DNA from: an uncultured Bacteroidota bacterium
Lineage (GTDB): Bacteria; Bacteroidota; Bacteroidia; 2-12-FULL-35-15
Assembly (NCBI GenBank): GCA_903881065.1
Contig: CAIRRW010000071.1
Coordinates: 1-34,729, forward strand
Length of the DNA: 34,729 nucleotides
Direction of reading: 5' to 3'
The notes under the pieces are model-generated. The model was not told the DNA's origin. It saw only the letters and a list, made by a program, of their open reading frames with translations, and did no database searches. Every line of letters starts with the position of its first letter. Positions within the stretch are counted from its first letter, which is position 1. The position numbers were made by a program, and so were the translations under genes. This document shows positions 17,607 through 26,782 of the stretch, piece by piece.

Positions 17607-18371
17607 TCAAACTGTTAACTTTAATAATTCTTCCACACTTACAATTTTGTAACCATTTTCTTCAGCGAAATTAAGTGTTTGTTTTAATACCTCTATTGTT
17701 TTTTCAGAAGTATCGTGAAACAATACAACAGCACCCGGTTTCAATTGTTCCTTTACTCTTTTAAATATAGTTTCGATTGAATCGCCTGTTGTATCCATGC
17801 TTCTAACATTCCATCCAATAATTTTATAATTTAATTCCCTGGCTGCACTCGCCAAATTTGGAGTAGTAACACCATAAGGCGGACGAAATAGAACAATTCT
17901 TTTTTCTGTTATTTTAAATACTTCTTCAGCAGTATGATCAATCTCGTTCATAAACCCATTTTTACTTTTAAAATCAATAAAAAAGGAATGACTATAGGTA
18001 TGATTTCCTATCGAATGTCCGCCATCATCAATTTGTTTAATGATAGGTTCATTGCCTCTAATCTTTTTACCTATTACAAAAAAAGTTGCCTTTGCATTGT
18101 ATTCAGCAAGTATATCAAGCACTTTCGGAGTATATATATTATGCGGTCCGTCATCAAAAGTAATTGCAAATACTTTTTCTGTAGTGTTTGAATTACAAAA
18201 TGCCCTTATAAAAAAGTTGGATTGTATAGTTGCCGAACCATACACAATGAGAATATTATAAACAAGAAAAGGAAGAATTAACCAGAGTAAATTTACTTCA
18301 CAAAAGTAATTCAACAACCCTATAAAGCATAAAGATAAAAGGAATACAATGCTTGTTGATTTAAAAGTCAT
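17607..18371 (-). CDS. Membrane-anchored polysaccharide deacetylase (NodB homology domain, CE4 family)
   Basis: 254 aa with two N-terminal hydrophobic helices. NodB motifs present: TFDDGP, HSIGNHTYSH and RPPYG. Confidence 0.8.
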   Translation of the reverse strand: MTFKSTSIVFLLSLCFIGLLNYFCEVNLLWLILPFLVYNILIVYGSATIQSNFFIRAFCNSNTTEKVFAITFDDGPHNIYTPKVLDILAEYNAKATFFVIGKKIRGNEPIIKQIDDGGHSIGNHTYSHSFFIDFKSKNGFMNEIDHTAEEVFKITEKRIVLFRPPYGVTTPNLASAARELNYKIIGWNVRSMDTTGDSIETIFKRVKEQLKPGAVVLFHDTSEKTIEVLKQTLNFAEENGYKIVSVEELLKLTV

Positions 18372-18388
18372 TGGTTAATATAATTTCT

Positions 18389-19453
18389 CTAACACTGAGA
18401 AAGCAGGAAAACAGTATGATAGGTATTCATATAGTTATTATAAATAAGAACATTTTTTATATGTTTCTTTTTATTTTCACCAATTAAAATACTTTTAGGA
18501 ATAGTTTGTGTTTTTAAAATCATTGCTGCTTCCCATAAAGCAAAGCAACTCGAAGTTTGATATTCGCCACTCAAATGTTTAAAATAGGCAGCAGTATTGG
18601 TATTGAAAAGAGTTTTTTGTATATCGTAATATGAATTATCAAACCTTACATCGCCGCTGATGCCATATATTACACAGTCAATATCATCAGTTGTTAATCC
18701 CTTTTCGTAAAGTAAATCGGTAATTCCATTTTCAATTTCATCTTCACTTCCGGGATTGAAAATCATTTTCACTGCACGAAGTTTAGCGTAGTTCTTATCA
18801 CTTTCTTCATTGCTCAGCATAAAAAATGCAGCCCCTTCGCCGGAAACACTTCCAGGAGTTTTACTGTTGACAATATCCATCGTTGCAACATTTTCCTGTT
18901 TCCAGAATCCTGCCCGTTGTGTAATGGTAAAATGCCTGTCAGTCATTTCATCATGTCCTCCAACAAGCACATTCTTTGCATCGCTGTCTTCAAGCGTCAT
19001 CAATCCATCAAGCACCGCAGATTCAAATGAAAACCCTTTATGAACATAAGTAAAATTGTAATTCATGCATTTTAATTGCAGCGCAATTTGCGAACTCACC
19101 GTATTGTGAGTCGATTGCATAAATGAAGTAGGAGTTAAAAATTGTTCGTCATTATCAATTATTGCAAGAAGGAATTTCTCAGTATCCTCATGACAACCCA
19201 GAGCAGTTCCTGTTATAATAGCATCAGGCATTTCAACTCCCGAATCTTTAAGACAAACAGATGAAGCAGCAATTCCCATTTTTACTGTCCTTCCCATTCT
19301 TCTTGCCAAAACAGGGTTTAAAAACTCAGTATAAACAGGCTCCACACAACGTAACGAGTTTGTATTGTATTCTTTTAATTCTGTTAAAAATTCATGGGTA
19401 TTAAAAGTTTTTTGCGGGGAAACTATTCCTATTCCTTTTATAAATGCTTCCAT
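18389..19453 (-). CDS. Beta-ketoacyl synthase-like protein lacking the catalytic Cys and His residues (chain-length-factor-like partner subunit)
   Basis: 354 aa with thiolase-fold-like sequence. STHNTVSSQIA sits where KS enzymes have TACSSS. There is no HGTGT motif, and SGEYQTSS replaces GH.LGA.G. Its ATG lies 3 nt after the upstream KS stop. Confidence 0.65.
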   Translation of the reverse strand: MEAFIKGIGIVSPQKTFNTHEFLTELKEYNTNSLRCVEPVYTEFLNPVLARRMGRTVKMGIAASSVCLKDSGVEMPDAIITGTALGCHEDTEKFLLAIIDNDEQFLTPTSFMQSTHNTVSSQIALQLKCMNYNFTYVHKGFSFESAVLDGLMTLEDSDAKNVLVGGHDEMTDRHFTITQRAGFWKQENVATMDIVNSKTPGSVSGEGAAFFMLSNEESDKNYAKLRAVKMIFNPGSEDEIENGITDLLYEKGLTTDDIDCVIYGISGDVRFDNSYYDIQKTLFNTNTAAYFKHLSGEYQTSSCFALWEAAMILKTQTIPKSILIGENKKKHIKNVLIYNNYMNTYHTVFLLSQC

Positions 19454-19456
19454 AAA

Positions 19457-20659
19457 TTAATGACGTGAAAAAATTAAAGCAGATGAGTTTCCTCCAAAAC
19501 CAAATGAATTGGATAATACATTGTTTATTGGCTTATCTGTTGTCAATGTTTTTGTAGGAGTAAAATTAAGTTCACTCATTTGGTTTATATGATTTAAACT
19601 AGGGTACACCATATTATATTTAATTGCAAGCACTGATAACACTGCTTCAATACCCCCGCAAGCGCCAAGAGTATGCCCTGTAAATGCTTTTGTTGAACTT
19701 ATACGAGGTACTTTATTTCCAAAAATCCGTTCAATTGCAGTTCCCTCCGACATGTCATTTACTTCCGTTCCAGTGCCGTGTGCATTTATATAATCAATAT
19801 CTTCTGGCTTTAATCCGCTAATCTTAAATGCCTTTTGCATGGCAAGATAAGCGCCTTCTCCTGTAGGCGACGAAGCTGTTTGATGATAGGCATCATTCGA
19901 GTTTCCATACCCCGATAATTCACATAATATTTCTTTTCCCTCTGCTGCTCTTTCCGATTCAAGAACTATAAAACCTGCGCCTTCACCAAGGTTTAAGCCT
20001 TTTCTTTCTGCATCAAATGGTTTGCATTGTTCTTTATCCAGAATCATTAGAGTCATAAAACCATTAATTGTAAACTTTGAAAGCGAATCAGTTCCGCCAA
20101 CCACTACACGGTCAACAATATTGTTCTTTATCAATCTGGCACCCAGCATTATTGAATTTGCAGATGAGGAACAAGCTGTACTTATTGTTGAAATGTGATC
20201 TTTAATTCCCAAATACTTCGCAATTACTTCGGTACTATCACCACAATCATGCGTTTCAATATATTTCAACCATCCGCCACTTTTCTCAACATCTAAAAAG
20301 TCCTTGAAATAGTTTTCTGTCATTGACATGCCACCAACACTTGTTGCAGAAATAATTCCGGTTCGGTACTCATTCACATCCTTTATACCTGCCCAAACCA
20401 TTGCTTCTTTTGCAGCCAGCATACCTAGGAGTGTGGTACGCGTAATAATTGTGTCAACATGAAGACCAATCATTTTTATCAATTCTTCATTGGTATGTTT
20501 TACTTCCCCAATAGGTATTTCATTTCTATGACGGGTAATAATATTATCCAACTCCCCAATCCCTGACTTACCTTTCGCAACTGCTAAAAGTGTTTGTTCT
20601 ACATTGTCGCCAATCGCGGAAATCATACCAATTCCTGTGATATATATTTTTTTATTCAT
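19457..20659 (-). CDS. Beta-ketoacyl-ACP synthase II-like (FabF-type) condensing enzyme
   Basis: 400 aa. Active-site Cys is in STACSSSANSI, with His motifs NAHGTGTEVND and FTGHTLGACGGIE and a C-terminal SNSFGFGGNSSALIF. Confidence 0.85.
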   Translation of the reverse strand: MNKKIYITGIGMISAIGDNVEQTLLAVAKGKSGIGELDNIITRHRNEIPIGEVKHTNEELIKMIGLHVDTIITRTTLLGMLAAKEAMVWAGIKDVNEYRTGIISATSVGGMSMTENYFKDFLDVEKSGGWLKYIETHDCGDSTEVIAKYLGIKDHISTISTACSSSANSIMLGARLIKNNIVDRVVVGGTDSLSKFTINGFMTLMILDKEQCKPFDAERKGLNLGEGAGFIVLESERAAEGKEILCELSGYGNSNDAYHQTASSPTGEGAYLAMQKAFKISGLKPEDIDYINAHGTGTEVNDMSEGTAIERIFGNKVPRISSTKAFTGHTLGACGGIEAVLSVLAIKYNMVYPSLNHINQMSELNFTPTKTLTTDKPINNVLSNSFGFGGNSSALIFSRH

Positions 20660-20698
20660 TGGTTAATTGTCAATATTAAATTGTCAATTATTAAAGAA

Positions 20699-20953
20699 TT
20701 ATTTTTTGTTCTCATTAATAAATTCAGCCATTGTTCTGATGGACTGGAAAATCTTTTTCCCATCGGCAGGGTTGGATATTTTTATTCCATAATTTTTTTC
20801 CAACAATACTATCAGCTCAAGAGCATCAATAGAATCCAATCCTAAACCTTCTCCAAATAAAGTTGCATCACTATCAATATCTTCATTTTTTAAACCTTCA
20901 AGATTTAATTGCAAAATGATCTCCCCTTTTAATTTGTCCATTAATTCTTCCAT
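20699..20953 (-). CDS. Acyl carrier protein
   Basis: 84 aa, acidic, with the phosphopantetheine attachment motif LGLDSIDALELIVLLE. Confidence 0.85.
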   Translation of the reverse strand: MEELMDKLKGEIILQLNLEGLKNEDIDSDATLFGEGLGLDSIDALELIVLLEKNYGIKISNPADGKKIFQSIRTMAEFINENKK

Positions 20954-20997
20954 AACTTTTGTTTTTTGCTTTATCTTTTTCCTTTACGGATAATTGA

Positions 20998-21636
20998 TTA
21001 AGCGTTGTTTGTATATAATTTATTTAATTGTTCATTTGTATGCTCTATTCCAAATCCCTCATGCTGTGACTCAACTGTATACAAAAATGCCTCGTAATTA
21101 TTTTCATAAAAATCAACCCAACCTGCAATGCAACTAGTTGCTTTATTTCTATTCAAAAGCGAATTTATATATGTACTCATAAAATCTGCATCAAATTTAT
21201 CAAAAATAAAGAATGTGTTTTCTCCTTTTATTTTGTTTCTGATAGCAATTTCTCCAATCAATATATTCGGCAAGGTATAAACAAATACCGCAGGACTGGG
21301 AAAATAATTCTCTTTATTTGAAATTGCTTTTTGATGTTCGGTATCAATTTCCAATGATGATGCACTGTTGGCAATAATTATAGCAATATCTTCCTGATTG
21401 TATTTTTCAGTAATTCTATTTGTTTTAAGTAATATTTCTGAAGTAATGAAAGCCAGTTTACACAAGCTATCCATTTTATAAAACTTAGGGTAATTTAATT
21501 GGTAATGCGAATAAGCCGATTTAAGAAAATCGACAGCTGAACTATTCTCTGTATTGGTAAAATCAATCTTATTATTGATTGATATATTACCATTCTTAAC
21601 TGAACAAACTGAAGTTATATAATTGCTGTTACTCAT
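20998..21636 (-). CDS. Small KS-like / 3-oxoacyl-ACP synthase-like protein with no recognisable catalytic Cys (partner subunit)
   Basis: The track ORF is 20998..21690. The ATG at 21636 (MSNSNYITSV...) sits 1 nt after the TAA stop (21640-21638) of the upstream KS, so the 18-codon extension is probably spurious. No AC.S, HGT or GH.LGA.G motifs were seen. Confidence 0.55.
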   Translation of the reverse strand: MSNSNYITSVCSVKNGNISINNKIDFTNTENSSAVDFLKSAYSHYQLNYPKFYKMDSLCKLAFITSEILLKTNRITEKYNQEDIAIIIANSASSLEIDTEHQKAISNKENYFPSPAVFVYTLPNILIGEIAIRNKIKGENTFFIFDKFDADFMSTYINSLLNRNKATSCIAGWVDFYENNYEAFLYTVESQHEGFGIEHTNEQLNKLYTNNA

Positions 21637-21637
21637 A

Positions 21638-22822
21638 TTAATTTGCTGCTTCCATTTTCTGAAATAAAACTGCAGCATTACATCCGCCAAATCCTGCTGC
21701 TGTTTTCAAACAATTATTTACTCCTGATATTTTAGTTTCCTTAATAATATTTATTGGAGCTGTTACTCCCAATGTATCAAAATTATAAGTGCCGATTAAT
21801 ACATTTTCTTTCATAGAATGAATTCCAACAATAGATTCGATAACACCTGCAGCACCGAGTGTATGCCCAAAATAACTTTTAAGGCTATTCATAGGCACCT
21901 TGTCAAGTTTTGCATTAGTTATAGCAAGCGATTCCATATCATCATTAAAAAGAGTAGCTGTGCCATGACCGGAAATAAAATCTACTTCTGAAGGTTTTAA
22001 ATTTGATTCCTTCAATGTTTTTTCAATAGCAAGCAATAATCCATCACCTGTTCGGGATGGTCCAGAAATATGGTTTGCATCATTAGAGCTTGCTCCTCCT
22101 TTTACTGAAATTTTAGTTTTAGTTTTAATAACCTTTGCTTCATTATTAGTGAGTATTATTGTTCCGCAACCTTCACCCAACGAAATTCCGTTTCTGCTTG
22201 CATCATAAGGTTTGGCAATCTCATTGCTTACCGCTTTAAAGGATTGAAATCCTGAAACAACAAAATGTGTCATGCTGTCGGCACCAATTACAAGTATAGT
22301 ATCGTATCTTTTTTCCTCCAGCAATCGTTTGCCAAGTATAATTGCAAGCACACCCGAAATACAAGCATTTGAAACAACTATAGGTTGATTACTATTTTTG
22401 AAATAACGGGCAATTACATTTGCTGTTTCCCAAAGATAAACTCTCTTTTTATCGAATTTTTTTCCTTCTTCTTCATTCAGCAAATCAATATTTCCTTTTG
22501 TTGAAGAAAATACTAATAGAGCTTTATCACTTGTAATATCAATATTTTTATTCTGATTTAACGCATCCGTAACAGAAAGTATTATCATCTTTTCAAGGCG
22601 GGTATATGCTTCACTTATATTCAGCTTTGAAAATGCAGTATTTAATTTATCATTGTCTATAACTGATGCATACACTGGTTCAGAAGATATATTAGAATGT
22701 TCGAGTAATCGCACACCTGTCTGCATCTTTTTCAGACATTCAAAGTTATCTGCACTTGTAAAACCAAGTGGAGAAACAATATTATCAGCGGCAACATACA
22801 CCTTCGTCAAATTCTCAGTCAT
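21638..22822 (-). CDS. Beta-ketoacyl-ACP synthase (catalytic KS)
   Basis: 394 aa with motifs SNACISGVLAI (Cys), SGHGTATLFND (His), FGHTLGAAGVIE (His) and a C-terminal AAGFGGCNAAVLF. Confidence 0.85.
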   Translation of the reverse strand: MTENLTKVYVAADNIVSPLGFTSADNFECLKKMQTGVRLLEHSNISSEPVYASVIDNDKLNTAFSKLNISEAYTRLEKMIILSVTDALNQNKNIDITSDKALLVFSSTKGNIDLLNEEEGKKFDKKRVYLWETANVIARYFKNSNQPIVVSNACISGVLAIILGKRLLEEKRYDTILVIGADSMTHFVVSGFQSFKAVSNEIAKPYDASRNGISLGEGCGTIILTNNEAKVIKTKTKISVKGGASSNDANHISGPSRTGDGLLLAIEKTLKESNLKPSEVDFISGHGTATLFNDDMESLAITNAKLDKVPMNSLKSYFGHTLGAAGVIESIVGIHSMKENVLIGTYNFDTLGVTAPINIIKETKISGVNNCLKTAAGFGGCNAAVLFQKMEAAN

Positions 22823-22835
22823 TTATTTCCTCTTT

Positions 22836-23288
22836 TTACATCAATGAATATTTCCTTTTCCATTCTTCAAAAAATGGTGGATTGGTAATAAATAACTCAT
22901 GTTCTAAATTAATAAATACCTGTGTGGATTCCCCTGTTGTAACTAGTTCGCCATCCGAAACACGAAATATTTTATATAGAAAAATAATCTTTGCAGCTGC
23001 CGAATTAATAAAAGTGGTTTCTATAATAACACTGTCACCATACCTTACGGTCTTCTTAAAATCAACATTTAAGTTAACCAGCGGAGTCGCAAATTTGTGT
23101 TTGTAAACATCCAGATATCCCAACCCATATTGTTTTCCAAAAGCTTCCCTACCGTCTTCAAAAAACTTAACATAGTGTCCATGCCAAATAATACCAAGTG
23201 CATCTACCTCACTAAAACGAACCGGAACTTCTGTACGACAAATTAGTTGTTCCACCAAAATTTTATCTTCTTTTATAAATGCTTGCAT
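22836..23288 (-). CDS. Hotdog-fold acyl-CoA/acyl-ACP thioesterase (4HBT/YbgC-like)
   Basis: The track ORF 22836..23315 starts at a TTG (plus-strand caa at 23313-23315). The first ATG is at 23288 (MQAFIKEDK...). The motif VRFSEVDALGIIWHGHYVKFFEDGREAF is typical of 4HBT thioesterases. Confidence 0.75.
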   Translation of the reverse strand: MQAFIKEDKILVEQLICRTEVPVRFSEVDALGIIWHGHYVKFFEDGREAFGKQYGLGYLDVYKHKFATPLVNLNVDFKKTVRYGDSVIIETTFINSAAAKIIFLYKIFRVSDGELVTTGESTQVFINLEHELFITNPPFFEEWKRKYSLM

Positions 23289-23329
23289 TTTCTTTAAGGG
23301 ATGTAAATTTATCAAAAAAAAGCAAACAT

Positions 23330-23337
23330 CAAATTTA
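23330..23337 (-). promoter_or_regulatory. Candidate Bacteroidota -7 promoter box (TAnnTTTG) for the thioesterase-KS-ACP operon
   Basis: The minus strand reads TAAATTTG at 23337-23330, with an ATTG (-33-like TTG) 18 nt upstream. It lies about 42 nt upstream of the ATG at 23288. Confidence 0.35.
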
Positions 23338-23415
23338 TTATTTAGGATAGAAAGGCAATTTTGAAATATGAATATAAAAACACATTAGGAAAGAACGCGA
23401 TTTATAATATACCCC

Positions 23416-24015
23416 CTACTTCCATATTTTAAAATTCAACTTAAATTTTTTCTCCTGAAGACAAGCACGCCAATCAATAAAAAGAAGTCCGGCAACTAGC
23501 AAAAACCCAACAACTATACCTGTAATGGATTTCCACGAGATGGCGCCTTCGAAGAAACTTACAGTATTCTCTGCGGCATATTCCCCCATGAGTACAGCAA
23601 TTGTATCACTAATTAATTTTCCAACAAAAAAGGCAGGTATAATTAAGAATGGTTTCATTTTAGCCATCCCTCCTGCAATAAATAAAGGAGTTGTAGGCAA
23701 TGGCAAAAGAGAATAAGTAAGTATTGCTACCTGACTTTTCCACCCTTTCTCTTTCAGTTTCTTCCCAAGAAACTGTACATCTGCATTTTTCGAAGGTTTA
23801 AAGATTCGCCCAGCAATCCTAGGAATATATAATGTAAGAATATAACGCCCTAATATGGATCCTGCCACACCAGAAACAATAACTACCCAAACATTTAAAT
23901 TAAACTCAATTTGCAGAAAAATCATTATTACAAATGCAGGAGGAAGTGGCAATGGAACGATGTCAACCATCATCGCTGAAATAAATACCAGAAAATATTT
24001 TAACCACAAATCCAT
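23416..24015 (-). CDS. DedA/VTT-domain family integral membrane protein
   Basis: The track ORF 23416..24027 starts at TTG; the first ATG is at 24015 (MDLWLKYF...). It has multiple hydrophobic helices and a G.LGRYI-type motif (GSILGRYILT) plus LLPLPTTPLFIAGG, as in the DedA/SNARE-associated family. Confidence 0.55.
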   Translation of the reverse strand: MDLWLKYFLVFISAMMVDIVPLPLPPAFVIMIFLQIEFNLNVWVVIVSGVAGSILGRYILTLYIPRIAGRIFKPSKNADVQFLGKKLKEKGWKSQVAILTYSLLPLPTTPLFIAGGMAKMKPFLIIPAFFVGKLISDTIAVLMGEYAAENTVSFFEGAISWKSITGIVVGFLLVAGLLFIDWRACLQEKKFKLNFKIWK

Positions 24016-24065
24016 TCCTTTACGCAACGCTAAATATTACTTTTAATAATCCTCCATCTAATTTA

Positions 24066-24110
24066 AAATCTAAAAGCCTCATCTTTTCAAAGAATGAGGC
24101 TTTTAGATTT
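24066..24110 (-). terminator. Hairpin terminator downstream of the DPP III gene
   Basis: A perfect 17-bp stem pairs AAATCTAAAAGCCTCAT (24066-24082) with ATGAGGCTTTTAGATTT (24094-24110) around an 11-nt loop. It lies 23 nt after the stop at 24133, with a T/A-rich flank. Confidence 0.6.
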
Positions 24111-24132
24111 TAGATTTTAAACCTTCTTTAAC

Positions 24133-26220
24133 TTAATTTTTCACAGGAAGATATCCATAATCTTTTCCGTAACGAAGCATCTGATCCATGAAGCTTTCAT
24201 TGTTTTCTATTTTTACATTGGAAATTTTATCCCCTTCCATCACAGGAACCAATTTAGGTTGAATAAAGCCCATATAAGGTGCTACATTTAGTTTATCCAT
24301 ACGTTGATGAACTTCCTTTAACAATGCCTGATCAACTTTCACACCATAATTTTCAACAAGATTTTTACCAGCATTGAAATCTCCTTCCGATTTAATTCGT
24401 TGTATTTCTTTTAATAACTGACCGAATAGATCACGAAGTTTATTGTAGTCATTTATCTTAAAATAAGTTTTTCCATCCTTAGACACACGTTCAATCACAT
24501 TATCTTTTTTACCTTTTTCAAATACCCAACCGGCATTCATCTGCCGATTACGCATGTGAGCTTCTTCTAAATTATCACCCTCCTTGATACGTACCAATTG
24601 AGTCATTAATCCATTCATAATATAATAATCATATTGTGCCTTACCGACTTCAATGGAAGGACTAACACCAATATCTACCAGTTTTTGATCCATTATATAG
24701 TACAACCCTACTAAATCTGCACGTGCTTCTTCCAAAGTACCTGCATAGTTTTTAAGAGTAACATCAGGGGTACTCACTCCTTTATTAATTTGTCCAGAAG
24801 CATGACCGATAACTTCATGCATATCAGTTTCTAAGTCTCCGCTAAGAGGCCCATATTTTGCAACCCTGTCTTTCACTTCCTGAGATGCACCAAACTCACC
24901 AATTGTAGGGCTTTTAGCGCGTGCGAAATTATAAGAGTAAACAATATTACTTAACGAAACTGATTTGGAACCATGTTTTTCCCTTATCCATTCAGAATTT
25001 GGAAGGTTTATTCCTATTGGTGTTGATGGCGCATTATCACCACATTCGCCAATTACAGTTATTACTTTTGCTGAAATACCTTTTACAGTTTTCTTTTTAT
25101 GATTATCAGAAATAGGTGAATGATTTTCGAACCATTGTGCTTCTTTTGCAATAGCAGCAATACGTTTTGTTGCTTCCAAATCTTTCATCGAAACAACTGA
25201 TTCATATCCCCCCTTTTTCTGAAGTGCATCATGATATACCTCAATGTAACCATTTACAACATCTACACGTGAAGCTGTATCACCAACCCAAGAAATAGAA
25301 TAGTCGTCAAAGTCTTTTAAATCGCCACTCTTATAAAATTTTATTAACGCTTCCAATGTTGTTTTCTGAACATCATTCTCTGCAACTGTACTTGCTTTCT
25401 CCAACCAGAAAATTATTTTATCGATTGCTGCACCATACATCCCACCACTCTTCCAAGCCTTTTCTACCATCTTTCCATTCTCCTTCATCAACTTCGTATT
25501 TAACCCCCAAGATGGTTGTTCCTTTTCTCCTTTTTTGATTAAGCCTGCATAATAACTTTCTACTTCCTTTTGAGTTACACCTTCGTAAAAATTACCTGCC
25601 GATGCTTTTACATTATCAACATTAGCACTCAAATCAACAGCCTTTGGATCAACCTTAGGATCAAACAATATTGGTTGAAGCATTTTTGTAAATTCGTCAA
25701 TCTTCATTCCTTCCAATGGAAGTTTTGCATTATCACTCTTGCTTACTAACTCTTTGAAATAATCGAAAGAAAAATCAGGAAGCATTTTTGCATTACTATA
25801 ATGATGGTGAATACCATTAGCAAAGAATACTCGTTTACTATACTCCAAAAACTTCTTGTAATCCTCACTATTCTTATCACCGGAGTATGTAGTAAGAATT
25901 GTTTCCAATGTCTTACGAATAGTTAAACTGTATTTATATTTTTGATCCCAGAATATATCTCTACCACATAATCCTGCTTCATATAAATAGTACGCAAGTT
26001 GTTTTTGCTTCAATGATAAATCAGCAAATCCTGGAACATCATAGCGAAGTACTTGAATATCTGCAAAGCAGTCCGCCATTATTTCTGTTTGAGTTGCCAC
26101 CACTGAATCCTTTTTTTGTTGAGTAGCTTCGTTTTTCTTTGCTCCATTAGTACACGACATAATCATTGCTGACAACAATAAAGATGCTATGGATAGTTTC
26201 TTAATTTTCATTTTATTCAT
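24133..26220 (-). CDS. Dipeptidyl-peptidase III-like zinc metallopeptidase (M49 family), lipoprotein-type signal
   Basis: 695 aa with the HEXXGH motif (MHEVIGHASG) and the second M49 motif EEARADLVGLY. The N-terminus is MNKMKIKKLSIASLLLSAMIMSC, a signal peptide plus Cys. Confidence 0.8.
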   Translation of the reverse strand: MNKMKIKKLSIASLLLSAMIMSCTNGAKKNEATQQKKDSVVATQTEIMADCFADIQVLRYDVPGFADLSLKQKQLAYYLYEAGLCGRDIFWDQKYKYSLTIRKTLETILTTYSGDKNSEDYKKFLEYSKRVFFANGIHHHYSNAKMLPDFSFDYFKELVSKSDNAKLPLEGMKIDEFTKMLQPILFDPKVDPKAVDLSANVDNVKASAGNFYEGVTQKEVESYYAGLIKKGEKEQPSWGLNTKLMKENGKMVEKAWKSGGMYGAAIDKIIFWLEKASTVAENDVQKTTLEALIKFYKSGDLKDFDDYSISWVGDTASRVDVVNGYIEVYHDALQKKGGYESVVSMKDLEATKRIAAIAKEAQWFENHSPISDNHKKKTVKGISAKVITVIGECGDNAPSTPIGINLPNSEWIREKHGSKSVSLSNIVYSYNFARAKSPTIGEFGASQEVKDRVAKYGPLSGDLETDMHEVIGHASGQINKGVSTPDVTLKNYAGTLEEARADLVGLYYIMDQKLVDIGVSPSIEVGKAQYDYYIMNGLMTQLVRIKEGDNLEEAHMRNRQMNAGWVFEKGKKDNVIERVSKDGKTYFKINDYNKLRDLFGQLLKEIQRIKSEGDFNAGKNLVENYGVKVDQALLKEVHQRMDKLNVAPYMGFIQPKLVPVMEGDKISNVKIENNESFMDQMLRYGKDYGYLPVKN

Positions 26221-26292
26221 TTTAAATTAGTATTTTTTTAAGGAAGTGTAAAAGTAGAAAAAAAATGGTTGGTGAACTATAGTTAAATTAAA

Positions 26293-26340
26293 ATGCCATA
26301 GAAACATTGATTTTTATATTAATCAGTGTTTTTATGGCAT
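26293..26340 (-). terminator. Hairpin terminator downstream of the Rieske gene
   Basis: A 20-bp stem pairs ATGCCATAGAAACATTGATT (26293-26312) with AATCAGTGTTTTTATGGCAT (26321-26340). It includes two G-U wobble pairs in RNA and an 8-nt loop. It lies 20 nt after the stop at 26360, followed on the minus strand by TTTAATTT. Confidence 0.6.
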
Positions 26341-26359
26341 TAATATTATTTGACCTCTT

Positions 26360-26782
26360 TTACCCTGCTATGGTAAGTATGTTGCCGCTTTTGGTTACTG
26401 TATATTTTTTCAATGCTACCGTAGCAGGGCCTGTTGTTACATTACCACTATTATCGAAAGAAGCTCCGTGACAAGGGCAGACAAAACTATGTGAACTTGC
26501 ACTGAAACCTACACTGCATCCATTATGAGTACATGCTTGTGCTACTGCAACATAAGTACCTGCATCGTTTGCTACTATTACGCCATTTGATGCTACTGCA
26601 CCGCCTGCTGTATTTAATGCTGCATTAGTCGACTGAGATAAATTGAGTGTAAAATTAACCGTAGGCCCTTGTGGTGAAGAAGAGTTACTGCTTTTCTTGC
26701 AACCTTCAACCATTACTGTCGATCCTACTAAACCCAAGCCACATAAGGCTCCTGATGTTCTTAAAAACTTTCTTCTGTCCAT
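26360..26782 (-). CDS. Tat-exported small Rieske [2Fe-2S] domain protein
   Basis: 140 aa. The twin-arginine signal is MDRRKFLRTSGALCGLGLVG. The Rieske motifs are CTH-(15 residues)-CPCH, within ACTHNGCSVGFSASSHSFVCPCHGASF. Confidence 0.85.
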   Translation of the reverse strand: MDRRKFLRTSGALCGLGLVGSTVMVEGCKKSSNSSSPQGPTVNFTLNLSQSTNAALNTAGGAVASNGVIVANDAGTYVAVAQACTHNGCSVGFSASSHSFVCPCHGASFDNSGNVTTGPATVALKKYTVTKSGNILTIAG

